Below, one piece after another: positions 38,467-48,465 of a DNA stretch of 64,000 nucleotides. The DNA lies in contig JAXMOL010000023.1 in NCBI GenBank assembly GCA_034669905.1, forward strand, positions 44,901 through 108,900, given 5' to 3'. The stretch comes from Candidatus Hydrogenedentota bacterium. GTDB taxonomy: Bacteria > Hydrogenedentota > Hydrogenedentia > Hydrogenedentales > JAEUWI01. The translations under genes and the position numbers were made by a program. Numbering within the stretch: the first letter of the stretch is position 1; every line of letters starts with the position of its first letter. The notes beneath the pieces were generated by a model. That model saw nothing but the letters and a program-made list of their open reading frames with translations, did no database searches and had not been told where the DNA came from.

Positions 38467-40859
38467 CGAAGCTCCGCCTTGTATTCATGTTTGAGCCGTT
38501 TCAAGACCTTGTCCACCGCCTTCTGCGTGTCCTTATCGGTCAGGGTGCGCTCATCCGACTGGAAGACCAGGTTGAGGGCCACGCTCTTCTTGCCGGCACC
38601 CACCTGCTCCCCTTCGAAGATATCGAAGATATCCACCGAACGCAACAACTTTCCACCCGATTGGGCGGCTTTTTCCAGGAGTTCACCGGCCGGCACGACG
38701 CTGTCCACCACCACCGCCAGGTCACGGGTAGAGGGCGGAAAGGTCGGCACCGTCTGGAATTGGGTCGCACCGGGACGTTTCGTAAGGAGCCAGTCCAGGT
38801 CCAATTCCGCGACATACAGCGGGCGGTCACACTCAAAAGCACGGGCCACCGTACTGGCCACGCGACCGAAGGTACCGACGAGCTGTTTTCCAACCCGCAC
38901 GGAAGCGCGTTGACCACCCTGGAACGTTTCCCAGTCGGACTCTTCCAGTTTGCCCGCGACGCCGAAGTGCTCCAGCACCGACTCCACGAGGCCTTTCATA
39001 TCATAGAAGTCCACCGCACGGGCGCTGCGCGACCAATGGGCGCCTTCCATTTCACCGGCTAGCACCAGGGCCACCCGATTCCCCTGGGTGGGGAGTTCGT
39101 CGCCTTCGCTCGGGAAGAAGACCGGCCCCAACTCGAATCCACGGACGCTGGTTACGCCGTAATTCAGGTTACGGGCACCGTTTCCAATCAGCGCCGGGAT
39201 AATGCTTGAGCGCATGGTCGCCTGCTTTTCGGAGAGGGGATTCTCCAGGACCACCATGGTGCGGTAGGACGCCGGCAAGGCCGCGCGCTCCACTTCGTCA
39301 TCATTGCTGAAGGACCAGTTGTAGAGTTCAGTCAAGCCGAGACTGACGAGATAGTGACGAAAAGCGCGAATTCGCTGCTCATTGGGCGCGAAGACCTTTT
39401 CGCACTTCCGGGCACGGGGCAAGGACACGGGGATGTTGTCAAAATTGTAGAGGCGGGCAATCTCTTCAATGAGATCGGCCTCCATGCTGACATCGTGACG
39501 TCGAAGCGGAACCCGCACCACCATCTCGGTATCATCCTGGCGAATCATCTCAAAGCCAAGGCTTTCGATGATATTGCATTGCTGCTCAGGAGCAATGTCC
39601 ACCCCCAGGAGACGCAGGGTACGTGCGTAGGGCAACGTCACTTCACGGGGCACGAAAGGCTCGGGATACTCGTCGATTACCCCCTCCGCGATCTTGGCAG
39701 AAGCCAACTCCTGGATCATCTGGGCAGCGCGGTCCAAGGCGTATTCCGCCATCTCTGGATCGGCGCCCCGCTGAAAGCGCTGGGATGACTCGGAAATGAG
39801 TCCAAGACCACGGGAAGTCTTCCGAACCGATGCGGGCTGAAAGAAGGCGCTCTCCAGGAAGATGGTGGTAGTGCCCTCTCCCACTTCACTATCGGCACCG
39901 CCCATGACGCCTGCCACGCATTGGGGCTCCTTGGCATCGGCAATGACCAACATGTCATCACTCAGTTTGCGGGTTTCCCCATCGAGCGTGTTGATGGGCT
40001 CATCTTTCGTAGCCGTCCGCACGACGATGCGTTTTCCGGCAAGCTTTTCAAAGTCAAAGGCATGCAGCGGCTGGCCCGTTTCAAGCAAGACAAAGTTGGT
40101 CACGTCCACAATGTTGTTGATGGGACGCTGACCGGCCGCGATAAGATAGTTACACAACCACTCCGGGCTGGGGCCGACCGTTACGTCGTGGAGTATGCGT
40201 CCCATATAGCGGGGGCACCGTTCCCTGTCTTCCACAGTGACAGACGTCAGGGTCTCAATAGCCGGGCCTTGTTCTACCAGGGCCACTTCCGGAATGCGCA
40301 ATTCTTTGCCATAACAGGCCGCCAATTCCCGCGCGACACCGATCATGCTGGCCCAATCGGCACGATTGGGCGTCACTTCGATTTCCAGCACCACGTCGTC
40401 GAGTCCCAGATGCACCCGGATGTCTTCGCCTACCGTTGCGTCTTCATCGAGAATCAACAGGCCATCGGTTTCGTCAGCCAGTCCGATTTCCTGGGCGGCA
40501 CACATCATGCCCTGGGATTCCACGCCGCGCATCTTGCGCCGGGCAATGGCGAAGCCCCCCGGGAGCGTCGCGCCCACGACGGCGGTCGGCACCTTATCCC
40601 CCACCTTCATATTCTTGGCACCACAGCAAATCTGCACGGGTGCATCCCCGCCCACATCCGTCTGACAGACCACGATCTTATCGGCGTCCGGGTGGGGCTC
40701 GATGGAAAGAATCTGTCCTACATAGACTTCCTGAACGTCATCACCCAACTGCTCGATGGATTCGATTTCGAGGCCCAACATGGTCATCTGGTGGGCCAAT
40801 TCTTCGACGCTGACGTCGATATCTACATATTCTTGTAACCAACTCAGGGAAATGCGCAT
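38463..40859 (-). CDS. pheT: Phenylalanine--tRNA ligase beta subunit
   Basis: SLSWLQEY, HPDADK, RGVESQGMMC, TPNRAD, RFQRG, DLIEEIAR, FDX-ACB C-terminus. Confidence 0.99.
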   Translation of the reverse strand: MRISLSWLQEYVDIDVSVEELAHQMTMLGLEIESIEQLGDDVQEVYVGQILSIEPHPDADKIVVCQTDVGGDAPVQICCGAKNMKVGDKVPTAVVGATLPGGFAIARRKMRGVESQGMMCAAQEIGLADETDGLLILDEDATVGEDIRVHLGLDDVVLEIEVTPNRADWASMIGVARELAACYGKELRIPEVALVEQGPAIETLTSVTVEDRERCPRYMGRILHDVTVGPSPEWLCNYLIAAGQRPINNIVDVTNFVLLETGQPLHAFDFEKLAGKRIVVRTATKDEPINTLDGETRKLSDDMLVIADAKEPQCVAGVMGGADSEVGEGTTTIFLESAFFQPASVRKTSRGLGLISESSQRFQRGADPEMAEYALDRAAQMIQELASAKIAEGVIDEYPEPFVPREVTLPYARTLRLLGVDIAPEQQCNIIESLGFEMIRQDDTEMVVRVPLRRHDVSMEADLIEEIARLYNFDNIPVSLPRARKCEKVFAPNEQRIRAFRHYLVSLGLTELYNWSFSNDDEVERAALPASYRTMVVLENPLSEKQATMRSSIIPALIGNGARNLNYGVTSVRGFELGPVFFPSEGDELPTQGNRVALVLAGEMEGAHWSRSARAVDFYDMKGLVESVLEHFGVAGKLEESDWETFQGGQRASVRVGKQLVGTFGRVASTVARAFECDRPLYVAELDLDWLLTKRPGATQFQTVPTFPPSTRDLAVVVDSVVPAGELLEKAAQSGGKLLRSVDIFDIFEGEQVGAGKKSVALNLVFQSDERTLTDKDTQKAVDKVLKRLKHEYKAELR

Positions 40860-40861
40860 GA

Positions 40862-41878
40862 TTAGAACTGCTCCAGGAAGCGAAGGTCGTTGTCATAGAG
40901 GTGATTGATGCTCGGAACGGCATGACGCAGCATGGCGATACGATCGATACCCAGCCCAAAGGCGAAGCCGGAATACTTTTCATAATCGTAGCCCGCGTGG
41001 CGGAAAACTTCCGGATGGACCATGCCACAACCCAGGGCTTCCAGCCAGCCGCTGTTCTTACACAACCGACACCCATTGCCACCGCAAACGGTGCAACTGA
41101 TATCCATCTCGGCGGAAGGCTCCGTGAAGGGGAAAAAGTGGGGTCGAAAACGCACCTTGGTGTCCTTGCCGAAAAGCTGGTGCACAAAGTGCATCAAGGT
41201 ACCCTTCAGATCGGCAAAGGTCACATCTTCATCGACCAGCAACCCTTCAATCTGATTAAACATGGGGCTGTGGCTCGCGTCGTAGTCGACACGATACACC
41301 CGGCCTGGTGCGAGGACGGCCACCGGGGGTTTGACCTGTTCCATCACCCGCATTTGCACGGGGGAGGTGTGGGTACGCAGAACGACGCCGGGCTTCACGA
41401 AGAAGGTATCGTGGGAATCGCGGGCAGGGTGATCCGCCGGCGTATTCAGACTGTCGAAGTTGTAGTACTCCGTTTCGATATCGGGCCCGACCGCCACCTG
41501 AAAACCAAGCCCGGCAAAGATGTCGATAATCTCTTCGGTCACCTGGTTCACCATGTGGATGTGCCCCTGGCTGGGGCGGCGCCCCGGCAGGGAGAGGTCA
41601 ACCGCCTCACTCGCCTCGCGGGCCGCATCGGCCACCGATGACAACGCTGCCTTGCGACTGTCGAGCGCGTCGCCAATCGCGGATTTCACCACATTGCTGA
41701 GCTGGCCCATGGCGGGCCGCTCCTCGGGGGATACCTTACCGAGGCCACGAAGAATCTCCGTCACGGCCCCTTTTCTTCCCAGATACTTCACGCGGGCCGC
41801 TTCGACCGTATCGAGATCCGCCGCCGTTGCGATCGTATCGAGCGCTTCCGCTTGAAGCGCTTCGAGCTGTTCTTTCAT
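40862..41878 (-). CDS. pheS: Phenylalanine--tRNA ligase alpha subunit
   Basis: HPARDSHDTF, LRTHTSPVQ, FPFTEPSAE, GFAFGLGIDR. Confidence 0.99.
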   Translation of the reverse strand: MKEQLEALQAEALDTIATAADLDTVEAARVKYLGRKGAVTEILRGLGKVSPEERPAMGQLSNVVKSAIGDALDSRKAALSSVADAAREASEAVDLSLPGRRPSQGHIHMVNQVTEEIIDIFAGLGFQVAVGPDIETEYYNFDSLNTPADHPARDSHDTFFVKPGVVLRTHTSPVQMRVMEQVKPPVAVLAPGRVYRVDYDASHSPMFNQIEGLLVDEDVTFADLKGTLMHFVHQLFGKDTKVRFRPHFFPFTEPSAEMDISCTVCGGNGCRLCKNSGWLEALGCGMVHPEVFRHAGYDYEKYSGFAFGLGIDRIAMLRHAVPSINHLYDNDLRFLEQF

Positions 41879-41950
41879 GAATTCCGTTTCCTTCTATTCC
41901 CGCTGACGCCCTCCCTGAATCCAGGGAGACGAAAGTCATTTTCGGGAGCC

Positions 41951-42622
41951 TCAGGGCTTAAATAGGGCACGCCCTATGCGCACCTGCGTGGCACCTTCCG
42001 CGATTGCGGCTTCAAAATCATTACTCATCCCCATGCTCACCACCCCCAGCCCTGCCCTATCGGCCAGTTCACGCAGTGTCCTGAAAACCCTGTGCAAGAC
42101 CTCATCGGCAGCCCCATAAGGTGCCATGGTCAATAATCCATCAATCTGCACCCGGCTCAATGCCCCCACATGGGCCAGCACCTCCTCCACCGAATCGGGT
42201 GCGACCCCATGTTTCTGGGCCTCCCCCGACACATTGACTTCCAGCAATGTGCGACACGTCGTATTGGCGACTTCGCAGCGCTGCTGAAGGGTATCGGCCA
42301 GAGAGACCCGGTCAAGGGCGTCTATAGTATCAAAAACCGCCAGGACTTCTTTAGCCTTTCGGCGCTGCACATTGCCAACCATGTGCCAGACGAGGGAATC
42401 ATCGGCCAGTGCCGCGACTTTCTCGCGGGCTACGTCGACCCGGTTCTCCCCAAAATGCCGGATACCCAGCTCGCGTAGCATGCGTATTTCTTCAACGCCC
42501 ACCGATTTCGTCACGGCAACGAGTGTAATATCCGACGCCGAACGCCCAGCATCTGCGGCCGCCTTTTCGATGCGTTCCTGGATGGTGGCAAGATTCCGGC
42601 CAATCACGTGCTCTTCTGTCAC
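41951..42622 (-). CDS. yggS: PLP homeostasis protein YggS
   Basis: LVAVTK, FGEN, WHMVG, GLLTM, SMGMSNDF, VRIG. Confidence 0.96.
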   Translation of the reverse strand: MTEEHVIGRNLATIQERIEKAAADAGRSASDITLVAVTKSVGVEEIRMLRELGIRHFGENRVDVAREKVAALADDSLVWHMVGNVQRRKAKEVLAVFDTIDALDRVSLADTLQQRCEVANTTCRTLLEVNVSGEAQKHGVAPDSVEEVLAHVGALSRVQIDGLLTMAPYGAADEVLHRVFRTLRELADRAGLGVVSMGMSNDFEAAIAEGATQVRIGRALFKP

Positions 42623-42718
42623 GGTAGTACCTGTCCCATAGGCTGTGGCCTAAAAAGAGGTGAGCCAAACTGCCAGGCAGTCGGCTCACCGTACTCGATT
42701 GTTTCACCTACAGACGTG

Positions 42719-44164
42719 CTAGTGTCGAACCGCTCGCTCTGCCTCAAGGGCGGCAAGCCGTTCCTGCTGCACCGACTCGGGCATCCCCTGGCACGCCACG
42801 CTTTCTTCTTCACGAATCATCTGCTTGCGCTCGGATACGGAGAGCGGAAGATCGCCAACCAGCTTAAACTCAATTATCAGGTCGGAGAACTCCTCGAACA
42901 GGGAACCCGCGTCGAAGCGGGCCTTATCCAAGAGGCTGACGGCCTCCAGATAATATCCCTGATCCGCCCGGGCAATGGCTTCCAGACGGAGCTTACGGGC
43001 CTCCGAATAGGGCTCACTCATGCCGTTCCAGATCTCGAGGGCTTCGGCCGTATACTTCCGATAGTCCGCCATATGGGCTTCCTTTTCCGAAGGATCGGTC
43101 GCCGCACGGGCGGCATTCTTGGCCTCTTCGGCGCTGCGCTCGGCGATCAGACCTTTCAAACGCTGCACAAAGCGCATACTGACTTCGTGGTTTTCAAAGC
43201 GCGTCAGGTTTTCCTGCCAGCCTTCCAGGGCCTTATCGTACTGACCATTCTCTTCAAGACTGATGTACAGCATGCGGGGCACCCACCGTTCGTGGGGAAG
43301 GCGTACCGCGTAGGTCAGATACTTCACCGCGTTCTCGGGATCGTTCAATTTCTCCCGATACATGGAATAACCAAGATCAAAATAGATCTTGTAGTTACGC
43401 GGATTATTCCGGATACCGTCTTTCAGGAAGTCCACCGCGATATAGTAATAGGTTTCCTGATCACCCAGGCACGCCTGATGCTTCTCGCTCCACTGACGTA
43501 ACGGATAGGGCGTATAGTCCAGATTCGCCGTCACGTTGTAGCCCAGGTGCCAGGCACCCAGCAGATAGGCATCGACAAAGTTGGGATCCAACAACACACA
43601 GGTCTTCATCAACGGAATCATCCGGTGCAACAGACCCGCATGCCAATAGCGGTCCACCTGCAACCAGACAAAGTTGGCGGCCACTTTCCGGAAGCCAAAA
43701 AACAGGTTGAAGATACTGACCGAGCCCTTGCCCTCGAGGCCGCTCATGACCGCCGCATAGGACAAATTCTGCGTGTAGCGCAATTCGCCACCGCGCAATT
43801 TGGCAAGAAAGTCTTCCCGCATGGGCGCCAGCTCATCGCTTTTCACCATACGGTAGATCTCATCATCGTACTCGCCCGTTTCCAATGCGGCACTCAGGGC
43901 ACTGTGCCCTTCTTCAATGGCGCCATCCGCCAATTGTGGCGCAAGCACAGACTCGGTCGCGTCGGCCACCTGGCTGTAGAGTGCCAGGTCGACGGTAGCT
44001 TCGGTTTCATCCATATCGAGACGCTCATTGGCGCCTGCGGCAGCAATCCATTGCAAGAAGGCCTCGGCCTCAAACAGACGGTCAAGCCGTTGGCCCTGGA
44101 TGGACCCGATAGCCACGGCCACGAATACTATCGCGGCCAAGGTAAGATTCGGATACTTCTTCAT
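42719..44164 (-). CDS. TPR-containing membrane-anchored protein (PilG-like)
   Basis: GFRKVAANFVWLQ, LDPNFVDAY, GIRNNP, TPR helices; lies after the ABC permease. Confidence 0.7.
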   Translation of the reverse strand: MKKYPNLTLAAIVFVAVAIGSIQGQRLDRLFEAEAFLQWIAAAGANERLDMDETEATVDLALYSQVADATESVLAPQLADGAIEEGHSALSAALETGEYDDEIYRMVKSDELAPMREDFLAKLRGGELRYTQNLSYAAVMSGLEGKGSVSIFNLFFGFRKVAANFVWLQVDRYWHAGLLHRMIPLMKTCVLLDPNFVDAYLLGAWHLGYNVTANLDYTPYPLRQWSEKHQACLGDQETYYYIAVDFLKDGIRNNPRNYKIYFDLGYSMYREKLNDPENAVKYLTYAVRLPHERWVPRMLYISLEENGQYDKALEGWQENLTRFENHEVSMRFVQRLKGLIAERSAEEAKNAARAATDPSEKEAHMADYRKYTAEALEIWNGMSEPYSEARKLRLEAIARADQGYYLEAVSLLDKARFDAGSLFEEFSDLIIEFKLVGDLPLSVSERKQMIREEESVACQGMPESVQQERLAALEAERAVRH

Positions 44165-44171
44165 AGGATGA

Positions 44172-45023
44172 CTATAGCTCCTTACGTCGGAAGACCCAGT
44201 AGGCAATCACATAGCCCGACACAGCGTAGGCTAAGCCGTAAATGATGAGATTGGGAATCTGCTCATAGACGTGGGCAGGAAGGGGCGCACCGGGATTCAG
44301 ATCAAGAATCTCTGTCTTGATGCTGAACTTCTGCAAGTTCGGCAGCGTCTTGTGCAACGCCTCCGCCACATGCCCGATAATCGCGTGCACCGCATCGGAC
44401 TCGTCGGAACGAAGGCTTACGTCCTTCAAATACTCCGTCAGGTTACCGATGAGGTAGATGAAGAGTCCACCAATCGTCGGAAGCACCGCAGAGGTCGCCG
44501 AACAGGAAATGGCGAAGGTGAACGCCGATACCACGAGAAACTCGAAGTAGGTCAACAAAGCCGACCACAAGAGGAGCTTTGGAAACTCATCTTGTCGTAC
44601 GTAGATCGCTATCAGGAATAACGCCGTCATCAGCGCCAGATTTGCCAGCACAATCATTTGCACCCCAAGGAATTTTCCCAGGAGGTATTGCATGCGACGT
44701 ACCGGCTTGGAGAGGACGGTGTATACCACCTTGTTTTCCACCTCATTGGGTACTACCGAGGCTGAAATGAAGATGGTAATCAGCATGCCGAAGATGGAAA
44801 TCGTCGCCACACAGATATCTTTGATCAACTTGCCGTCGATCTCCGTTTCCACCTGTCCCCCACCCGTCGTCTGATTCAGGAAAGACGACATGAAGAAGGA
44901 AGCAAAGATTACCAGTAAGCTCAGGATCAGGAAACCGACCAGGGTCTTCTTCCGTATCCCCTCACGCCAGGTAAAGACAGCGATGTGCCATGGACCTCGA
45001 AAATAGTCTACTACAGCCGACAT
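44172..45023 (-). CDS. ABC-2 type transporter permease (PilI-like)
   Basis: IAVFTWREGIRKK, EVENKVVYTVLSKPVRR..YLLGKFLG, C-terminal FRRKEL. Confidence 0.88.
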   Translation of the reverse strand: MSAVVDYFRGPWHIAVFTWREGIRKKTLVGFLILSLLVIFASFFMSSFLNQTTGGGQVETEIDGKLIKDICVATISIFGMLITIFISASVVPNEVENKVVYTVLSKPVRRMQYLLGKFLGVQMIVLANLALMTALFLIAIYVRQDEFPKLLLWSALLTYFEFLVVSAFTFAISCSATSAVLPTIGGLFIYLIGNLTEYLKDVSLRSDESDAVHAIIGHVAEALHKTLPNLQKFSIKTEILDLNPGAPLPAHVYEQIPNLIIYGLAYAVSGYVIAYWVFRRKEL

Positions 45024-45967
45024 CAGGTGGTACTCCGATTTTGTGCTTCACCCACGGTGCGGACGAAAAGCTCTTCCAAGGTTTCGCGACGGGGCGCTAC
45101 GGCCACGAGATTCAATTGCTGCTCTTTGCAGATATTGAGGGCGTCGTAGGAATTCATATCGTTCGGTACGCGCAGAATTAATTTGCCTTCCACCCGATCC
45201 TCGGGCGTGATGCCTTTCTCCGCCAACACACCCAGCACATCTTCCGAAGCACTCTCCACTTCGATGGTCAGATCCCGATCGGTGAGCAACTCATCAATCG
45301 TGCCGATTTTCTGGACTTCACCCTGGTAAAGGATGCCGGCCCGGTCACTGATGAGCTCCACTTCCAGCAACTCGTGACTCGAAATCATCAGGGTCTTACC
45401 CCGATCACGGAGACGGGCCAGAATATCCCGCATCTCTTTCCGAGCGATGGGGTCCAGGCCCGTGGTGGGTTCGTCCAGAATCAGAATCTGAGGATCGCTG
45501 ATGAGGGCCTGGGCCAGGCCGATACGCTGGCGCATGCCCTTGGAGTAGCCCCGCAACATGCGACGGCGGGCGTGGGTCATGCCCACTTCTTCCAGCACTT
45601 CGCTGATACGCGTCTCCAGTTTCTTACCGCTCAGCCCATAGAGCTGACCATAAAAACGGAGGATCTCTTCGCCCCGAAGGAAATCGGGGTAGTAGGCACC
45701 TTCCGGAAGGTAGCCAATATTCTGCCGCACCTTCGCGGAGGCAATATCCTTCAGACCCAGAATCTCAATACTCCCCGCCGTCGGGAAGATCAAGCCCAGA
45801 AGCATCTTGATCGTCGTGGTCTTTCCAGAACCGTTGGGTCCCAGATACGCGAAGATCTCACCGGAATTCACGGTGAGGTCCAGTTCCTTCAGGGCATAGA
45901 CATCCTGCCCTCGGAACGAACTCTCGTATATTTTCGAGAGTCCCTTCGTTTCGATAACTACAGACAC
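45023..45967 (-). CDS. ABC transporter ATP-binding protein (PilH-like)
   Basis: GPNGSGKT, YSKGMRQR, ILDEPTTGLD, SSH. Confidence 0.95.
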   Translation of the reverse strand: MSVVIETKGLSKIYESSFRGQDVYALKELDLTVNSGEIFAYLGPNGSGKTTTIKMLLGLIFPTAGSIEILGLKDIASAKVRQNIGYLPEGAYYPDFLRGEEILRFYGQLYGLSGKKLETRISEVLEEVGMTHARRRMLRGYSKGMRQRIGLAQALISDPQILILDEPTTGLDPIARKEMRDILARLRDRGKTLMISSHELLEVELISDRAGILYQGEVQKIGTIDELLTDRDLTIEVESASEDVLGVLAEKGITPEDRVEGKLILRVPNDMNSYDALNICKEQQLNLVAVAPRRETLEELFVRTVGEAQNRSTT

Positions 45968-46238
45968 AGAATCAGGCCTTTCGTGTGGTTTGAACGCCCC
46001 AAAGGGGACACTACCAGCAACGTGTTCCGCAAGAATACGTTACCCACTCTCTGGATGAACAAACGTCTCAGTGAACTTTCAAATCCGGAAGGGCAAAAGG
46101 GAGACTTGCAGACGTGTTGGGCACACGCCTTGCATCACACTCACCCAAGCTCTCACAGGACGACGATGATAGCAAATCATTGCAAATTATGCAAAGTAAC
46201 AAAGTAGCCGCGCAGCATATATTATTCTCATTTATACC

Positions 46239-47246
46239 CTATTGCTCAATTTCCTTAAAGCCGTGCGCTGCCAAGGCCCCTGACAGGGTCGGATAATCCG
46301 GCATCTCCCCATCCCACGAAACCACCGTGGCACCATCTCGCACGCAAACCAGCCGCGGCGGACTGGAGGCCGTTTCCAACAGCGGAAAGAAATTCAGACT
46401 CTTATCACCCAGCGACAACATGGGAAACTGGGGCTGGGTAAGGAGCTTGAATTCTTCCATACTCCCCTCCTCGGGCTCCAGACAGATGGCAACCAGGGGC
46501 GGCAGTGTCGGGTCGAACATGAACTCATTCAATTGCGGCACCGACTCCATGCAGTGCTCACAGGTCATGCTCAGCAGGGCTACCAGATGCTCCCCCTTCC
46601 CCAGTTCGAAGCGGTCCCCATAGTCGCTTTCCACCACATAGTTTGCAAAGGGTCCCGCCTCGACCGGGGCCTTCGTGGCCGTATCCGTAGAATCCCCGGA
46701 GGGCGGTGGTGGTGGCGGGGTCGCAATGCCCAGCTGGGGAATGACCGCCAGGCTGGCAATCAGCGCGAGCACCGTCGCGATGCCAAGGCGCAGGCCCGAT
46801 CGGCGTGGTGGTGTCTGGGACGAGTCTGCCCGCACGACGAGGCCGTAATAGGCCAGTGCGGTAAATGCCAGCAAGACCAGATTCTTCCCGATGGCCTGGG
46901 GCGGCGTCACTTTTACCTTGCCGAAGCAACCGCAGTCTTCGAGGCCGTTCACCTGCCAGGCGTAAACGATCACCAGTGTAAAGAAGCAGAGCATTGCGGC
47001 ACCGAGCCCCAGCACGGCCCGACGCCAGGGCACCCCCAGGACCATACACACCCCCAGAAAAGTTTCCAATGCCAGGGCGGCGAAGGCGACGACCAGCAAG
47101 GCACCGGTCGACTCGACTATCTGATAGGCGTGAATTTGGGGGAGAAAGGCGTTGAAGTCCATCGCCTTCAAAGCGGCGGCGACCAGATAGGTAACCCCAA
47201 CCCCAACTTCTGCAACGCGGGCAGCGCCCTTGGGCCAAAACGTCAT
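46239..47246 (-). CDS. MauE/DoxX-family membrane protein fused to a thioredoxin-like CxxC domain
   Basis: TM helices with DCGCFG; C-terminal domain with TCEHC. Confidence 0.8.
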   Translation of the reverse strand: MTFWPKGAARVAEVGVGVTYLVAAALKAMDFNAFLPQIHAYQIVESTGALLVVAFAALALETFLGVCMVLGVPWRRAVLGLGAAMLCFFTLVIVYAWQVNGLEDCGCFGKVKVTPPQAIGKNLVLLAFTALAYYGLVVRADSSQTPPRRSGLRLGIATVLALIASLAVIPQLGIATPPPPPPSGDSTDTATKAPVEAGPFANYVVESDYGDRFELGKGEHLVALLSMTCEHCMESVPQLNEFMFDPTLPPLVAICLEPEEGSMEEFKLLTQPQFPMLSLGDKSLNFFPLLETASSPPRLVCVRDGATVVSWDGEMPDYPTLSGALAAHGFKEIEQ

Positions 47247-47303
47247 TTCATGAGCTCTCCGAGTTAAATCGGGCCCCCGTTGAGGCGCCCGAAGCGTGCG
47301 GCA

Positions 47304-48404
47304 CTAGAATTTGAATTCCAAACCGGCACCAAAGCGTGTATTAAATCGTTCGAGCGTATCAAATACCGGGTCTTCTTCGAAAGCTACCGACACATCAAAT
47401 CGCAACGACAGTTTGGGCGACAAGGGATAACTCAAGGTAGATTCTGCCTGGGCGCGGAAGGCACTTCCGCTACTCGACCCGGGTTGTATAGAGAGGCGAC
47501 TGTCCCATTGCCCTCCACCCCACGCGGGCTGGCCATAGCCTACCCCCGCTTCCGGGCCCAGCGCGGTGTGGCTTTCCGATTCCCGTGCCGCCAGCGGGTG
47601 CCGCTCCCGACCACGCCATTGGCTTCGCTGGAGCCCCGCCCCCACATAGGCGAAATAACCCTGTTCGGGGTCGTCATCAAAATCGTACCGCACCCCCACG
47701 CTCGCCCCCGTGCGCCACTGAAGGGCTTCGTCCACCTGCCGCTCCACCCGAAGGTCCAGATAGGGAGACCACCCCGCAGGATTCTGGGGCAGCATATTCA
47801 GCGCACCCGCCAGATAGTCGCCCACCGAATCTTCATCCTGACCATCGACCCGCAGCCGTAACCCCAGCCGGGTCTTGAGGCCATCACGCATCCCTGCCCA
47901 CGCCAGACTGGCCCGTGCACCGTCTTCGCTACCCGCATAGCCGGATAGGGAAGTCGAGACACGCTGCTGCCAACGTGTTGATGTTTCGGAAGGAGGGGCG
48001 GGCGTTGCAGCCAGGGGCGGCGCATTCTTGATAGAACGGATCGTGGCGTAATCCAGGGGAAGTACCTGTTCGGCACGGCCTTCCCCCTGCCCTTCGACCA
48101 CGATTCCACCGTGGACCAGGCGACCGATTTCGACCCCCTCGTCGTGATGGGTAACGATCCAGCGCTGAGCGCTCGCCAGACTGCGCACCTCGCTCATGGG
48201 CAACATCATTTGGCCCTTCAGGGATGTACGGAATACGAGAATCCCCTCTGCAACACGCGTTATGGTACCGGACAGCGACTCGCCCCCGGCGGTAACGACC
48301 ACGTCGGCCAGTACCGCAGGGGCCACGCACAAGAGCGCACAAAGGGCGACCCATCGGCCAGCAGCCGATAGCAGACACTTAAGCTGTGCAATGGCGTTTT
48401 TCAT
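47304..48404 (-). CDS. DUF481-like outer-membrane beta-barrel protein
   Basis: Signal peptide, DVVVTAGGESLSG N-domain, amphipathic strands, terminal GLEFKF. Confidence 0.75.
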   Translation of the reverse strand: MKNAIAQLKCLLSAAGRWVALCALLCVAPAVLADVVVTAGGESLSGTITRVAEGILVFRTSLKGQMMLPMSEVRSLASAQRWIVTHHDEGVEIGRLVHGGIVVEGQGEGRAEQVLPLDYATIRSIKNAPPLAATPAPPSETSTRWQQRVSTSLSGYAGSEDGARASLAWAGMRDGLKTRLGLRLRVDGQDEDSVGDYLAGALNMLPQNPAGWSPYLDLRVERQVDEALQWRTGASVGVRYDFDDDPEQGYFAYVGAGLQRSQWRGRERHPLAARESESHTALGPEAGVGYGQPAWGGGQWDSRLSIQPGSSSGSAFRAQAESTLSYPLSPKLSLRFDVSVAFEEDPVFDTLERFNTRFGAGLEFKF

Positions 48405-48465
48405 ATCGCTCGATTACTATTTCATTTGTCCAGGACGCGAAAAACCCGACCTCCTTACGCGTGAA

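Noticed and set aside
46239..47246. CxxC protein as the redox partner of the plastid-like G6PDH
   Set aside because: The thioredoxin-like domain follows TM helices and is probably extracytoplasmic, whereas G6PDH is cytoplasmic; proximity alone is insufficient.
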